Source: the human T2T-CHM13v2.0 reference genome, Homo sapiens
Strand: one strand, 5' to 3'
Assembly: GCF_009914755.1 (NCBI RefSeq)
Contig: NC_060946.1
Length of the DNA stretch: 64,000 bases
Shown: piece by piece, positions 40,670-53,869 of the stretch
Layout: every line of letters begins with the position of its first letter
Position numbering within the stretch: the first letter of the stretch is position 1
Made by a program: the position numbers and the translations under genes
The notes under the pieces: generated by a model
What the model was told of the DNA's origin: nothing
What the model saw: the letters and a program-made list of their open reading frames with translations, nothing else
Databases searched by the model: none

Positions 40670-41545
40670 GGGAGGGGGAGGGGCAGTGGGGGAGGGGCAG
40701 TGGGGGGAGGAGCAGAGGAGAAGGGAGCAGGAGGAGGGGAAAAGGGGAGAGGAAGTTGGAGAGCAGAGGAGGCTGGGGGTGGGGAGGAGATGGGGGTGGG
40801 GAAGGAGGGGAGATGGGGGTGGGGAAGGGGGGGCGGGAGGAGGGTTAGGAATGGGGGAAGGAAGACAGGGTGGGGGAGGGGTGGGCATGGGGGAAGGAAG
40901 ACAGGGTGGGGGAGGGGTGGGCATGGGGGAAGGGAGACAGGGTGGGGGAGGGGTGGGCATGCGGGAAGGGAGACAGGGTGGGGAACCGAGCAGAAAGACA
41001 GTGGGGGGGGGGATGGAGGAAGGAACACAGGGTGGGGTGGGGGGTCGGGATGGGGGAAGGGAAACAAAGAGTGGTGGAGGCGTGGGGATTAGGAACGGAG
41101 ACAGAGGGTGGGGGAGGGGTGGGGTGGGGGAAGGGAGACAGGGTGGGGGAGGGGTGAGGATGGCGGAAGGTAGACAAGGCGGGGGAGGGGTGGGGATGGG
41201 GGAAGGGAGACAGAAGGGGGGGAGGGGTGGGGATGGGGGAAGGGAGACAGAAGGCGGGCCAGGGCGGGAATGGGGGAAGGGAAACAGGGTGGGGGTGGGG
41301 ATGAGAGAAGACAGAGGTTGGGGGAGGGGTGGGGATGTGTAAGAAAAACAAAGGGTTGGGGAGGGGGAGGGAAAAGAGGCAGAGAGTGGGGGAGGGGGTG
41401 GGGATGTGGAAAGAAAGTCAGAAGGTGGGGGGTGAGGGGTGGGGATGGGTGAATACGTGATGGCTGCGGCCTTTCCCACCAGACAGTAGGGTGGGGGCAG
41501 GGTGGAAAAAGGGGGTGCGGTGGGCGAATGGAGAGGCAGTGGGGA
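40670..41545 (+). repeat. G-rich degenerate minisatellite (36-bp unit) in PRAME intron 1
   Basis: Unit tgggggaagg(a/g)agacagggtgggggaggggtgggca repeats near-perfectly at ~40852-40985 and in diverged form to ~41450. Confidence 0.92.
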
Positions 41546-42350
41546 GGCGGGGGGCTGACTGGGAGTGTGGGACGGGGTGTTCTGGGATCACGGAGACGTC
41601 CAAGTCTGGACTCTGTCCTGGGTCTGTGCTTCTGGCGACCTCCCTTTTCTTCAGTGGGATGCGGGGTGCAGGGGCCGGTTCCAGGGTCCCCTGAGCTCAA
41701 GTTCTCGCCCCACCCCGCCCCGCATGTCTAGAAAAGATGCCCCTGCCCTTGGCTGGGTAATCTCTGGATTTACCTACTTCTGTAACCCCCCGGGCTGAAG
41801 AGACCACCCCCCGGGATTCAATTAACTTACTCTCTGGAGCGCGCGTTCCTCCCTGCTCCCGGGAGTCGGTTTCCCAGAACTTTCTGAGGCCCGCGCATGC
41901 TCCCCTCGACTCCCCGTGTTTCCACTCTCCACAGAAATCCACGCATTCACGCCCCTCCCCTCCCCCGAGCCTGCAGAGGACTCCGCCCTGCTTTCCCTAC
42001 ATTCAGGGCTGCTCCTTTTGTCGCCAATACAGACCTGTTGACAGGTCACGCCTGGGAAGCGGGTGGGGTGTCCCGGAGCGGTGCTGAGGCGCTGCAGGCC
42101 CGGCTTCTGGCTGCGGGGGAGCTGTACCCTGAAGCCTCGCCGGAACTCGCGTCTGGGGCCAGCAGGGGGCACTAGAGTCAACAGGGACTGTATGCAAAAC
42201 CCACTTCCTCCCAGGCCCTCTAGGGGGATGGTCAGGCTTCTGCAGAGATGGGGAGGATCCTTTCCTGGTAAGGGGAGAGGGACGGGCTAGGAGCCAAGCG
42301 GAAGGACCCCGTGTTCAAGGCCCTTCAAGGGACGGGACAGGCGAGGAATC
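41545..42350. promoter_or_regulatory. CpG-rich PRAME promoter/exon 1 region, probably bidirectional; a second CpG-rich block lies at ~40030-40640
   Basis: High CpG density compared with flanks, GC boxes (ccccgccc ~41712, ctccgccc ~41981), no obvious TATA box. PRAME is a methylation-controlled cancer-testis gene. Confidence 0.8.
42035..42150 (-). other. PRAME: PRAME non-coding exon 1 (TSS approximate)
   Basis: gcttcagggtacagctcccccgcag...gtcaacag|GTCTGT with donor at 42033-42034. An alternative donor GTAAGT would extend the exon to 41831. Confidence 0.85.
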
Positions 42351-43430
42351 TCTTTGAGTCTTTTGAATTGTTTTATCAGTCAGGCCTGGGAAGTACTCCG
42401 CCTCCACAAACTCTGTTTTCCTGAAAGGGGTCGGGGGGGGGACCCCAACATCTCCTGCCACAGGCTATGATGGGCATGGTGGCTAAGAGCAACAGGCCGC
42501 GTGGTGAGGCTGGCTTTTTGTGGCTCTGCCCTGCCATTCCCCGAGGCATCCCCATGCCAGTGAACAGAGCTGCGGGTTCCCAGCTGCACAGATGAATGCA
42601 CGAACAAAACATAGGTCCATGCAAAGGAAGTCATTGCATTGATCCAGATTCGACCTGGGATTGTCGCATAAAACAGGGCTGATAAAAACCGTTGTGTTTT
42701 CACCTTCGAAACAGAGACTCAGCCTCCCCCTCTCTGCTTGAGGCATTCAGCAAAGGTTCGTCCTTGAGTGGCTGTGGATGCTCAAGGACTTACGATTTCT
42801 GACTTTATAAAGTTTAGGGTGAAAACAAAAAACAAAATAAGAAGACCATTGTTTTAAAGTGGCCGTTGTAGCTAATTATCTCAAGAAAGCAAACAGGCTG
42901 GTACTGAAAGTTACACAGGCGGGCGGCTCCCTGGGAGGGTTGCCCAGCTCTCCTTTTCTGAGACCTGAGCAGGGAGCAGCCAGAGGAGCTTGAAGGGATG
43001 GTGTTCAGGGCATGGGAACAGGCTGCACACATCTTCACGGAGTACGGTGCTTGTCCAGTTTGAGAAGGGAAAGAAACTGGGGCAGAGGGCTGATGAGAAG
43101 GCAGCAGATGGATAGTGCGGGATTGAAAAGGGGATCCATTTGAAGACTGGCCACCATTATTTATTTTCATCATCTGATTGCTGTTGCTCCATTGAGATCG
43201 ATGCGTGGAGAACAAGTTGGGGAGTGGAACAAATGGCAGGGAGGGGAGAGAAGTGAGTGAACATGACCCTGGTCCAGCCTCATAGGACAGAGCGTGGTCA
43301 TGAAGTCCACAGAGGAGGACAGGTAGGGAGGAATCATGGCATGGCCAGGTTGTAGGGCAAGAGGCAGAGAGGAGAGAGGATTGTGGAGGATGCCTGCGGA
43401 GTGCCGACTGTCAGTCGAGGCTGGTCCTTT

Positions 43431-43728
<298 letters not shown>

Positions 43729-43759
43729 AAGGCTGGTCCTTTCTTTTATGGCGATGGGT

Positions 43760-44728
43760 GTTTGAAAGTTGCACATACCAAAATAAACTCACTATTTGTT
43801 GACCCAAAGTAAAACCCTGAGGGTATGAAAGGGAAGGGCTCATGCTTACATGGCTGAGATAAAAGCTGTCTCAGGAAGCTGGGTGTGGTGGCTCACCCCT
43901 GTAATCCCAGCACTTTGGGAGGCCAAGGTTGGAGGATCCCCTGAGGCCAGGAATTGAAGACTAGCCTGAGTGATATAGCAAGACCCCATCTATATTTTTA
44001 AAAAGGGTTGGCTGTCTCGGGACTTTTCGAAATAGCCCTGCAAGACATTCCTGTTTTGGAATCACAACAATTTAGATAAGATGCTTTTGAAAGAACACCT
44101 GCCTAGGCACAGCGTCTCCACCAATGAACTGATGCCAACTGTGGTTTTGAGTCTTCATAACTGGTGAACTGTTTGCAAGCAGCTTATTTAAATCTCTTTT
44201 TTTGCCAATACAACCTTCCCTTTGCCCTCCCCTCTTGAGATGCATATATGGCTTGCCATAGCTGAGCATCTTAGGTTATAATGCTTTTTCTCTTTTTTAA
44301 TTTTTTTTTGTAAATTTATATTTATTTTTATATTTATTTATTTTTTGAGACAGGGTCTTGCTTTGTCACCCAGGCTGGAGTGTAGTGCATAATCGTAGTT
44401 CACCACTGCCTCCAACTCTCGGGCTCAAGCAGTCCTCCCACCTCAGCCTCCTGAGTAGCTAAGACAACAGGCATGCACCACCATGCCCAGCTAATTTATG
44501 TATTTACTTTATTAAAAATTTTTTTTTTTTGGTAGAGAGAGTCTCACTGTGTTTCCCAGGCTGGGCTTGAACTCCAGGCCTCAAGTGTTGCTCCCAACTC
44601 GACTTCCCAAAGTGCTGGGATTACAGGCATGAGCCACCATGCCCAGCGTATAATTTTGTATTCTAATTCCTGAATAAATTCAACAAATTTGGAGGTGTTT
44701 TTTGTCTGATGGTTCCTTTTGGTCGACA
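43760..44728 (+). mobile_element. ERV1-class solo LTR split by two Alus, about 1.6 kb upstream of the PRAME TSS
   Basis: Starts tgaaagttgcacataccaaaat like the LTR at 12212-12683. Has a ccaat box, then aataaa at 44673-44678 and a terminal ...gtcgaca. Confidence 0.55.
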
Positions 44729-44849
44729 ACTGGAATGGGAGAGGAACAGTGTGAGGGCAAACATCAAGTGCTTTGCTGAGCTCCGGGTGCTTTTTTTGGA
44801 TAAGACACAGAAAATACAATAAGATGTCTGTAATGTTTGATTTTTTTCC

Positions 44850-45390
44850 AGGTTTCTTGAGGTATAATTGACAAATAAAAATTGTATGGATTCAAGGTGT
44901 ACAATTCATATACATTGATCCACATATACCTTGTTTGATGATTAATCAAATTAGTTAACACATCTTTCACCCCAGCAGTCAATGTGTGTGTGCTCTGTTA
45001 GCAAATTTCAATTAATAATATAGCATTATTAACTATAGTTACTATGCTGTATATTAGAGTCTCAGGATTTACCATCTTATAACTAAAATTTTGTAGCCTT
45101 TGACCAACATCTCTCATTCCTCCCACCCACAGCCCCTGGGAACTACCATTCTACTCTGCCTCTATGAGTTCCACTTTTTGTGTTTCTTTTTTCCCTTTCC
45201 TTTAATTTTTTTTGTATTTGTTATATTACCAAACCATGTCAAAAGAGTTCCACTTTTTAGATTCCACATATTATTAGCTCGTACAGTATTTGTCTTTCTG
45301 CATCTGGCTTATTTCACTTAACATAATTTCCTCCAGGTTCATTCGTATTGTTGCAAATGGCAAGATTCCCTTCTTTTTTATGACTGATGA
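44850..45390 (-). mobile_element. L1M 3' end
   Basis: ttgaggtataattgacaaata...ttttagattccacata...ctggcttatttcacttaacataat. Confidence 0.8.
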
Positions 45391-45711
45391 TGTCTGTCTG
45401 CAATATTTGAAAAAAAAATGCAGATCACGTGAATGATTGTCTAATGTAATTCTATTCATGTAAAATTGTGTATGACCATAACAGTCACTCATTCATTGCT
45501 TCGAGTTCTTTACAATCGGATGCCATATTCCTGGGGCTCTGCTAGGCCTGAAATGGGGAGTAGGAGTTACAAGGTTCCTGGGATATCAGTAATTCATATT
45601 TGTGAATGTCTTAGATAAGTGGGCTAACATGTACAGAAAATGGTCACTAAAATGATAACACTGTTTGTTATAAAATACTTTTCTGTATTCTCTTGAACTT
45701 TTTTTTTTTAT

Positions 45712-46100
45712 CATTTATTAGACTGCTTCAGCTGCCATAACAAAATATCACAGACTGGATGGATTAAACAACAAAAATTTATTTCTCACAGTTCTGGAGG
45801 CTGGGAAGTCCAAGATCAAGGTGTCAGCAAGGTGGGTGTCATTCTGAGGCATCTTCTCTTAGCTTATAGGCTGAGGCCATTTTGCGTTGTGCTCACGTGA
45901 CCCCTTTGTGCGCATGTGTGGAGAGAGAGCATGGGTGCTTCTTCTTATAAGGATGCTGAAAGTTATGAGAACCCGACCCTTGTGACTTCACTTAATCTTA
46001 ATTACTTCCTTAGAGGCCCCATCTCCATATACAGCCACAATGGGGATTAGGGCTTCAACATATGAATTTGTGGTGGGGGGACGCAAACACTCAGTTCATA
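45712..46100 (+). mobile_element. MLT1A-like LTR
   Basis: gctgccataacaaaatatcacagactgg...aagtccaagatcaaggtg...ttcaacatatgaatttg. Confidence 0.75.
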
Positions 46101-46807
46101 AACATATGATTTTTTTTTCCTTGATTGGCAATGAAAATAGAGGTATCTTCATTTTGGAAAGTGAGAGTCAACCTGTGCTGAATTAGAGTGATGACAAGAG
46201 ATAACTTTAAGACTGCAATGAGGGAAGCAAGGGACGGGGACGCATTTGACAGTCTGTTCTGCTCTGCTCCTGGAAGTGAGAGAGGCTGAGTCGGGACTAA
46301 CCTTTGCACGGATGAGATAGAGAACTGAGAGAGAAAAGTATGTATTTTTCTATGACCACCTAAAATAAACCTGGAGTTGAAGGGACCAGCACTCTCAACC
46401 TAACCATTCTGGGAATAAAAATCATAGAGACCTCGCTGATTAATGGAAACAATTTGCCTTTCGATTTTCTAAGCAGGTGAATGCAAGGAGTTTGTGAACT
46501 TTACTGCTGTTTTCGTGTTTTTTTAGGTGAAGACACTGACAGTAAGAAAAGGCAAACCACAGGTCCAAGACAAAGTGGTCAAGTCAAGAAGGAACTCAGG
46601 CTGTGTAGTCCTGGTGCAAGGCTCCTTGCCCCCAGCGTGGGGTCACACTGGCTGGCTGTGCTCCCACGACACTTAGTGCATACTGGGCTCCTGACTTAAT
46701 AACACGTGTTTGAAATGGCCCCTGATTCCCAATCTGCTGCAGGATTCTGCAGATGCGCAACAGGCCACAGTGGAAGGTCTTGGAGAGAATTCAGAGTGGC
46801 TTGCCTA

Positions 46808-47167
<360 letters not shown>

Positions 47168-47638
47168 CTAGCTGTGAATGAGCTCAGAGGGAAAGGCAGG
47201 AGCCTTCAGGTAGGGAGCAGCATGATTCCACCCCAGATTCAGGCCTCCTGGGTGTACAGAGGGCAGGAGGATCCTCCCCAGGTATGTGAGAGGAAGGGAA
47301 GATGAGGTGTTTGGGTCAGTGAACACACTAGAAATCCAGGTGCTCACTGATGGATTGTGCTTGGCATCTCTGTTCTGCCAATCCAGCCTCAAAGCAACTT
47401 TGGAAGAGGATTTATGCGCTTCACACGCTTCCAGCTTGGGCCAGAGCATCTGCACACTCCCCTGGGTATAGGCCTCCAGGGCTTGGAGCAACGGAAGAGC
47501 TAAGAATTGTCAGTGCTCAGGAGGCAGATTTTCAGGGAGGATCCTCTTGCATCTCAGGACATGGAAAGGGCTAACAGAGCCTTAAGTGTCCTGTCCCAGT
47601 GCTGGGGTCTCAGAAGGCAGCTCTGGGGCATCTCCACC

Positions 47639-48163
47639 ATGGTCTGACTTCTGCTGCTTGAAACCATTCTCCCTCACGGCACAGGCAAGAGTCCTCAAGG
47701 AAGAGCACCTGGGCACCTGGGTTGACTCTTCCTCTCTCCAGGTGGAGAGAACCAGTAGAGTTTACCTGGGGTCATGCTCTGAGTTAATCCCCCTCTGCAT
47801 TTCTTTCTCTTCTCAGGGGCCTGGGCTCAGCCTTGACTCAGCCTTCCTCAGTGTCTGGGACTTGGGGTAAACAGTCACCATCTTCTGCACTGGAAGCAGC
47901 AGTGACATTGAGGGTTCTAACCATATCTCTTCGTACCTACAGTGCCCAGGAACTGGCCCCACACTCCTCATTTATTATGTCCATTCTCAACCCTTAGGGG
48001 GTCCCAGCTTGATTTTCAGTCTCTAGGTCTGGCAACACGGCCTTCCTGGCCGTCTTTGGCCTCTAGCCTGAAGATGGGCCTGACAGTCACTGTTTGTTCT
48101 GGGACAACCATAGCATTTTTACCCACATGTGCTCCAAGTCCACGGGGAACAGAGACCAAATCT
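47639..48163 (+). pseudogene. Highly decayed Ig lambda V gene relic (clan I, IGLV1/2-like): leader 47639-47684, V exon 47817-48123, recombination signal (RSS) 48124-48163
   Basis: tctccaccATG leader of exactly 46 nt with TGA at codon 3 and a GC donor. Acceptor ttctcAG. Frameshifted peptide remnants TVTIFCTGSSSDIEG...PGTGPTLLIY and SGNTAFL...PEDGPDSHC. RSS is CACA(T)GTG, 23 bp, ACCAAATCT. Confidence 0.9.
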
Positions 48164-48589
48164 GCCATGAGTGACCAGTGTCACAGGGCTTCACACCAGT
48201 CAGGCAGTCAGATGGTGGTGTTTGCTTTCATTTCTGCTCATCATCCCAAGGGGGTGGACGCTTCAGGAATGGGACCCTATGCAACTCTCATTGCTCTTTA
48301 TAATGATGTGGGAAAGAGAAACCATCTCCCAGGGGACTTGGCTTTGCAAAAATGAAAATAAAAGCTCCCTCCTCCCTCTGTGCAGTGAATGGCCTCTGAA
48401 TGCAGACTTGGTCTCCCTCTTCAGTGGCAAGGTTGGAGGAAGAACAACAGCTTCTTATTGCACTGAGACAACTCAGGGGCCACCTCATTTGAAGATGTGC
48501 ATCAGTGTGAGCCCAGGTATTCCTGTACTCAATGATCGAGGTCTCTCTCCTTACCTTGTCTCCACCTGGATCTGACCAAAGTGACTGAG

Positions 48590-49070
48590 ATGATCCAGGT
48601 TCTAGTTTTCTCTTGCTGTGTAACAAATTTCTGCAAACCTAGCACCTTAAAATAACACCCATTTATGATCTCCCAGTTTTCCTGGATCAGGAGTCTGGGA
48701 TCAGCTTAGCTGAGTCATCTGTTCAGGGTCTTCCCAACCTGAAATCAGGGCATTGGCTTGGCTGTGTTTTCATCTGGAGGCTCAACTGAGGAAGATTCTG
48801 TTTCCAAACTTACTGGCAGAACTCACTTCCTTGCTGCTATATGACTGAAGCCAAGGTTTTGGGGGGCTATTTGCCGTCAGTGCCCGAAGCTCCTAGAGTT
48901 CCTAGAGGTCACCCATAGCTCTTTTGCCATTTAATGTAACCTAATGAAAAGAGAGATATTCCATCACCTTTGCCATATTTATTGGTTAGAAGCAAATCAC
49001 AGGTTCTTCTTGAATTCAAGTGAAGAGATTGTGCAAGGGTATGACTCATTTGGGGTCACCATAGGGTACA
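48590..49070 (+). mobile_element. MLT1-family LTR
   Basis: ttgctgtgtaacaaatt...ggatcaggagtctggg..cagcttagctg...tattggttagaagcaaatcacagg. Confidence 0.65.
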
Positions 49071-50119
49071 TCCTCAGTAATTGTGTGCAGTCAGGACTAG
49101 GGGAGGAGATTCTAATTATACAGAGAAGACTTGTGCCTTCTATTCAGAAGTTAAGAAGACATCCTTTACTTTTTAAGACACTCTGTCATTTTATTCATTG
49201 ATTTTTAGTGGTGTTCTAGAAAGCAGATTTTCCAAGCGTAAAGCACAATAATGAAATGGCAGAGCTGATGACAGTTCAGATGCTATTAGATGGGTGTGCA
49301 GATCTAGGTTTAGAGCCAAGGGATGGAGTAGTGTCTCTTGGTCTCCACTGTGGAGAGGCCCCTTGGGAAAACCCACCACCCCCATTTCTCCTCACTCCCT
49401 GCCTGGACCCATGGTCTCTGCTTGGTCTGGCCTATGCTATTAAAAATATACTTCAATGATGATACTTATGTCTTGTGTTTCTCTACACTCTTTGTCTATT
49501 TGCAGTGGACAGCACACTGCATGCTGATATCAAAAATTATTCCAGCAAATTCAAAAATAAGACAGTAAAAAGAAATAAAAGACAGTTTTACAATGGAAGA
49601 GACAGAAATGAATAGTTGCACTTATGGTTGATTTAGCTGTTAAATCTAAGAGAACCAACTGCGAATGAGTAGAGAAAGCGGTCGTTGCTGCATACTGACC
49701 ATTACTAGTGTGAGATACTGGGGGAGCTAGAATGGCCTCCTCTTCCTCTTCCTTCTCTTGCCTCTCCTCTTCTTTCTTTTTTGGTAAATATCTTTCCTAG
49801 ATCAGCGGTTCTCAAAACTTTCGGTCTCATGACCTAATCACCTCCCAGAGGCCCTACCTCCAAATACCATCACATTAGGGGTTAGGTTTCAACATATGAA
49901 TTTTGGGGGGACACGAATATTTAGTCTAGAATGCTTTTTCAAGAAAAGGAGGACAGAAAGATCATACTACAGTGGCTTTTAAAAATTAGATATGGACAGC
50001 TTTTGTTTCTGGAATATGTCAGTGTGCTGTTGTGCAAAGCATCCTGGGAACAACACCTCAGAATGTTTCCTTTCTGTGCCTCAGTAAGACTTGAAGGCTG
50101 GTAGGGGGGGTAGCCTGAG

Positions 50120-51212
<1,093 letters not shown>

Positions 51213-53258
51213 TAAGGTACCATACATTTTGACATCTTCTCTATATATGGTACCATTCTGATTTGTACTGTGCAAGGCTTCCTTGCCCTCTCACTGGTAA
51301 ACCTTGGTATGCAGGAAATTATTTTTGTACATTCTCCAGTATATTAACTTTGGTTATAGGTGATACATTATATCTATTGCAAATTATCATTTTGTCTCCT
51401 AATTTGCATCAACCATGCTGCTTGTGTCTATTTATGACTGATTGTGTAGGAAAATTCTTCAAGAAAAAATCAAATAGGATGGTAATTCCTGCATCTTGGA
51501 ATGCCTAAAAATCTTCTGGCAATAACTGATTACATAGAGAAACCATCTGTTTACTTCCTTCAGGAACTACCTGGCACCTTCTAGTGCTTTCCCTTGTGGA
51601 CCACAGGTGATGGAGGCTGGGCCCTAATCCAGCACACACCTCCAGTCTAGCGGGCTTCTGGTCCAGTTATTTACCTACAGGTATTTTATTGATGTTATTC
51701 TTCCTCTGATGACACGCTGATTTCAAAACATGCCTAAAACCAAAGACACAGGATCTTTGAAGTCCCTTCCCTCAAATATCTGAGGCTTTTCCCCAATTGA
51801 GCAGCAGTTCACATGCTTGTAAGTTTTAAATGTGTTAGGCATTTTACTGGAAATGCTTTATATGCTTCACACTCCACAGGACTTCTTATTCCCAGCTCAT
51901 TGATTGAGGAAAGTGAAATCTGCCATTTGCTGATGGGCCAATGTCAAGGCCAATGTCCCAGATCCCCTGTCAGGACAAAAGTGTGATGCAGCCAGAAGTC
52001 AGCCCTCACCTGCAAATGCTCTCCTGAACTTGCCTACCCTGGAGGGATCTGCTCACCAGGCAGATTCCAGGCGATGCCCAAAGCACTCCCTAATAAAACT
52101 CTGTGTGCTCATCTCCGCCTTAACTTCTGTTTCCAGGAGACCCAGCTTGTGACCATTGTTTCCAGGAAGATTACCAATTGTCTCTGTTTGCCCTGGACCG
52201 AAGGTTTTCCCAGGACATAGATCTTTCAGTGCTAAAACAGGACAGTCCTGAGTTATCTTAGGACCAGGAATGTCTATGAAAGGAGACACTTGAGAGATGG
52301 GATTCTGGAGCCATGGAGACCCCAATATGGGGGAGTTGGAGGTAGGGGCGCGAGGGTAGATGCGCATATAGCCCCTACCATGGTGGAGCAATGCAGTGTG
52401 TAAACTTTTTACCAGTGGTGAATAGGGATGATTTACCTATAGGAGGAAATGAAAAAGCAGGACCATGAGTCAGACATTTGAGAGACGTGAAGAAAACAGA
52501 ACATTAAAGGAACCAATTCCACAGCTTTCTCTGTTGGAACAGTGTGGTAGCACTGATACTAAGTGTGATTGATGATTTGCAACAGATAAAATGCTGGAAT
52601 GATTAATTAGCAATGAAAAACTAGAAGATGTGGGGCAACAAGGCTCCAGCTCCATCCTCTTAGGGTACCAGCTGGGCTCAAGAATTGACATAAAACAGAT
52701 TCGCAGGAGACAAAACATACAAATTTACTTAATACAAGTTTCACATGGCACAGGAGCCCTCACAAGGAAATGAAGACCCAAAGAAGCAGTTAGAGTCAGT
52801 TACTTATATAAGGAATTGGTCAAAGAATAGTCAGTTGTGAAGAAACGACTAAAATATGTGGGGAAAAAAGCCCCAGAATCTGGTGTATCCAAATAGGACT
52901 CCACTCTGATGACAGGTTTCTTGGGCTGAGATTCCTTTGAGCCCCATCCAACTTCTTCCCAGCTGCTGAGAAGAGAAAATCTTTTAGAGGCTTCCTGGAA
53001 TTTTCCCAGTCCACACTGATTTTGCTTAAAAGATAAAAGTTATTATAATAAGGTCTGTTCAGCAGTATCTCAGTTTTGACTTCTCATCCCTGAGGATAAG
53101 AATGTTGCTTTTCCTTCTAGCATAGGGAGGGACAGGGTTTTTCACATGGGACTTTTGTCTTCTGCTTTTAAGAAACAGAAAACAGCAGAATGATCTTTTT
53201 GCAACTGGTGTTTTCAAGTGCCTTTTACTTAAATAGTCAATTTGCTAGACCGGTACTT

Positions 53259-53655
53259 TTTTATTTCTTTTCTTTTTTTTTTATTATACTTTAAGTTTTA
53301 GGGTACATGTGCACAACATGCAGGTTAGTTACATATGTATACATGTGCCATGTTGGTGTGCTGCACCCATCAACTCGTCATTTAACACCAGGTATATCTC
53401 CTAATGCTATCCCTCCCCCCTCCCCCCACAACAGGCCCCGGTGTGTGATGTTCCCCCACTGTGTCCATGTGTTCTCATTGTTCAATTCCCACCTATGAGT
53501 GAGAACATGCGGTGTTTGGTTTTTCGTCCTTGTGACAGTTTGCTGAGAATGATGGTTTCCAGCTTCATCCATGTCCCTACAAAGGACATGAACTCATCAA
53601 TTTTTATGGCTGCATAGTGTTCCATGGTGTATATGTGCCACATTTTGTTAATCCA
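53259..53655 (-). mobile_element. L1PA 3' end (5'-truncated)
   Basis: ttattatactttaagttttagggtacatgtgcacaac...; flanking TSD-like tagac(c/t)ggtac. Confidence 0.9.
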
Positions 53656-53869
53656 TAGACTGGTACATTTTTAACTCCATCAGAGCGCAAGCCAAAAAGC
53701 TTCCTCCTGGGCTGAAAAAAAAAGCTTCCCCCTGGGCTGAAAAAAAGCTTCATCTTGGGCTGGAAAAGCTTTTTGGCTTGCACTCTTCCTCTGGGCCTGA
53801 GCCTTCCCTGCCCTCTCATCTGCTTGGACAGAGGGCAGGGAAGACTGAAGCCCAGAACTTAATCCTAAG

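Noticed and set aside
40058-41700. Long ORFs in several frames (344, 272, 238, 203, 188, 168 aa), Gly/Arg- or Pro-rich
   Set aside because: They arise from the stop-poor G-rich 36-bp repeat and are open on both strands at once.
53682-53786. CRISPR-like or MITE interpretation of the repeat cluster
   Set aside because: Eukaryotic DNA with no unique spacers and no clear TSD around the inverted repeat.
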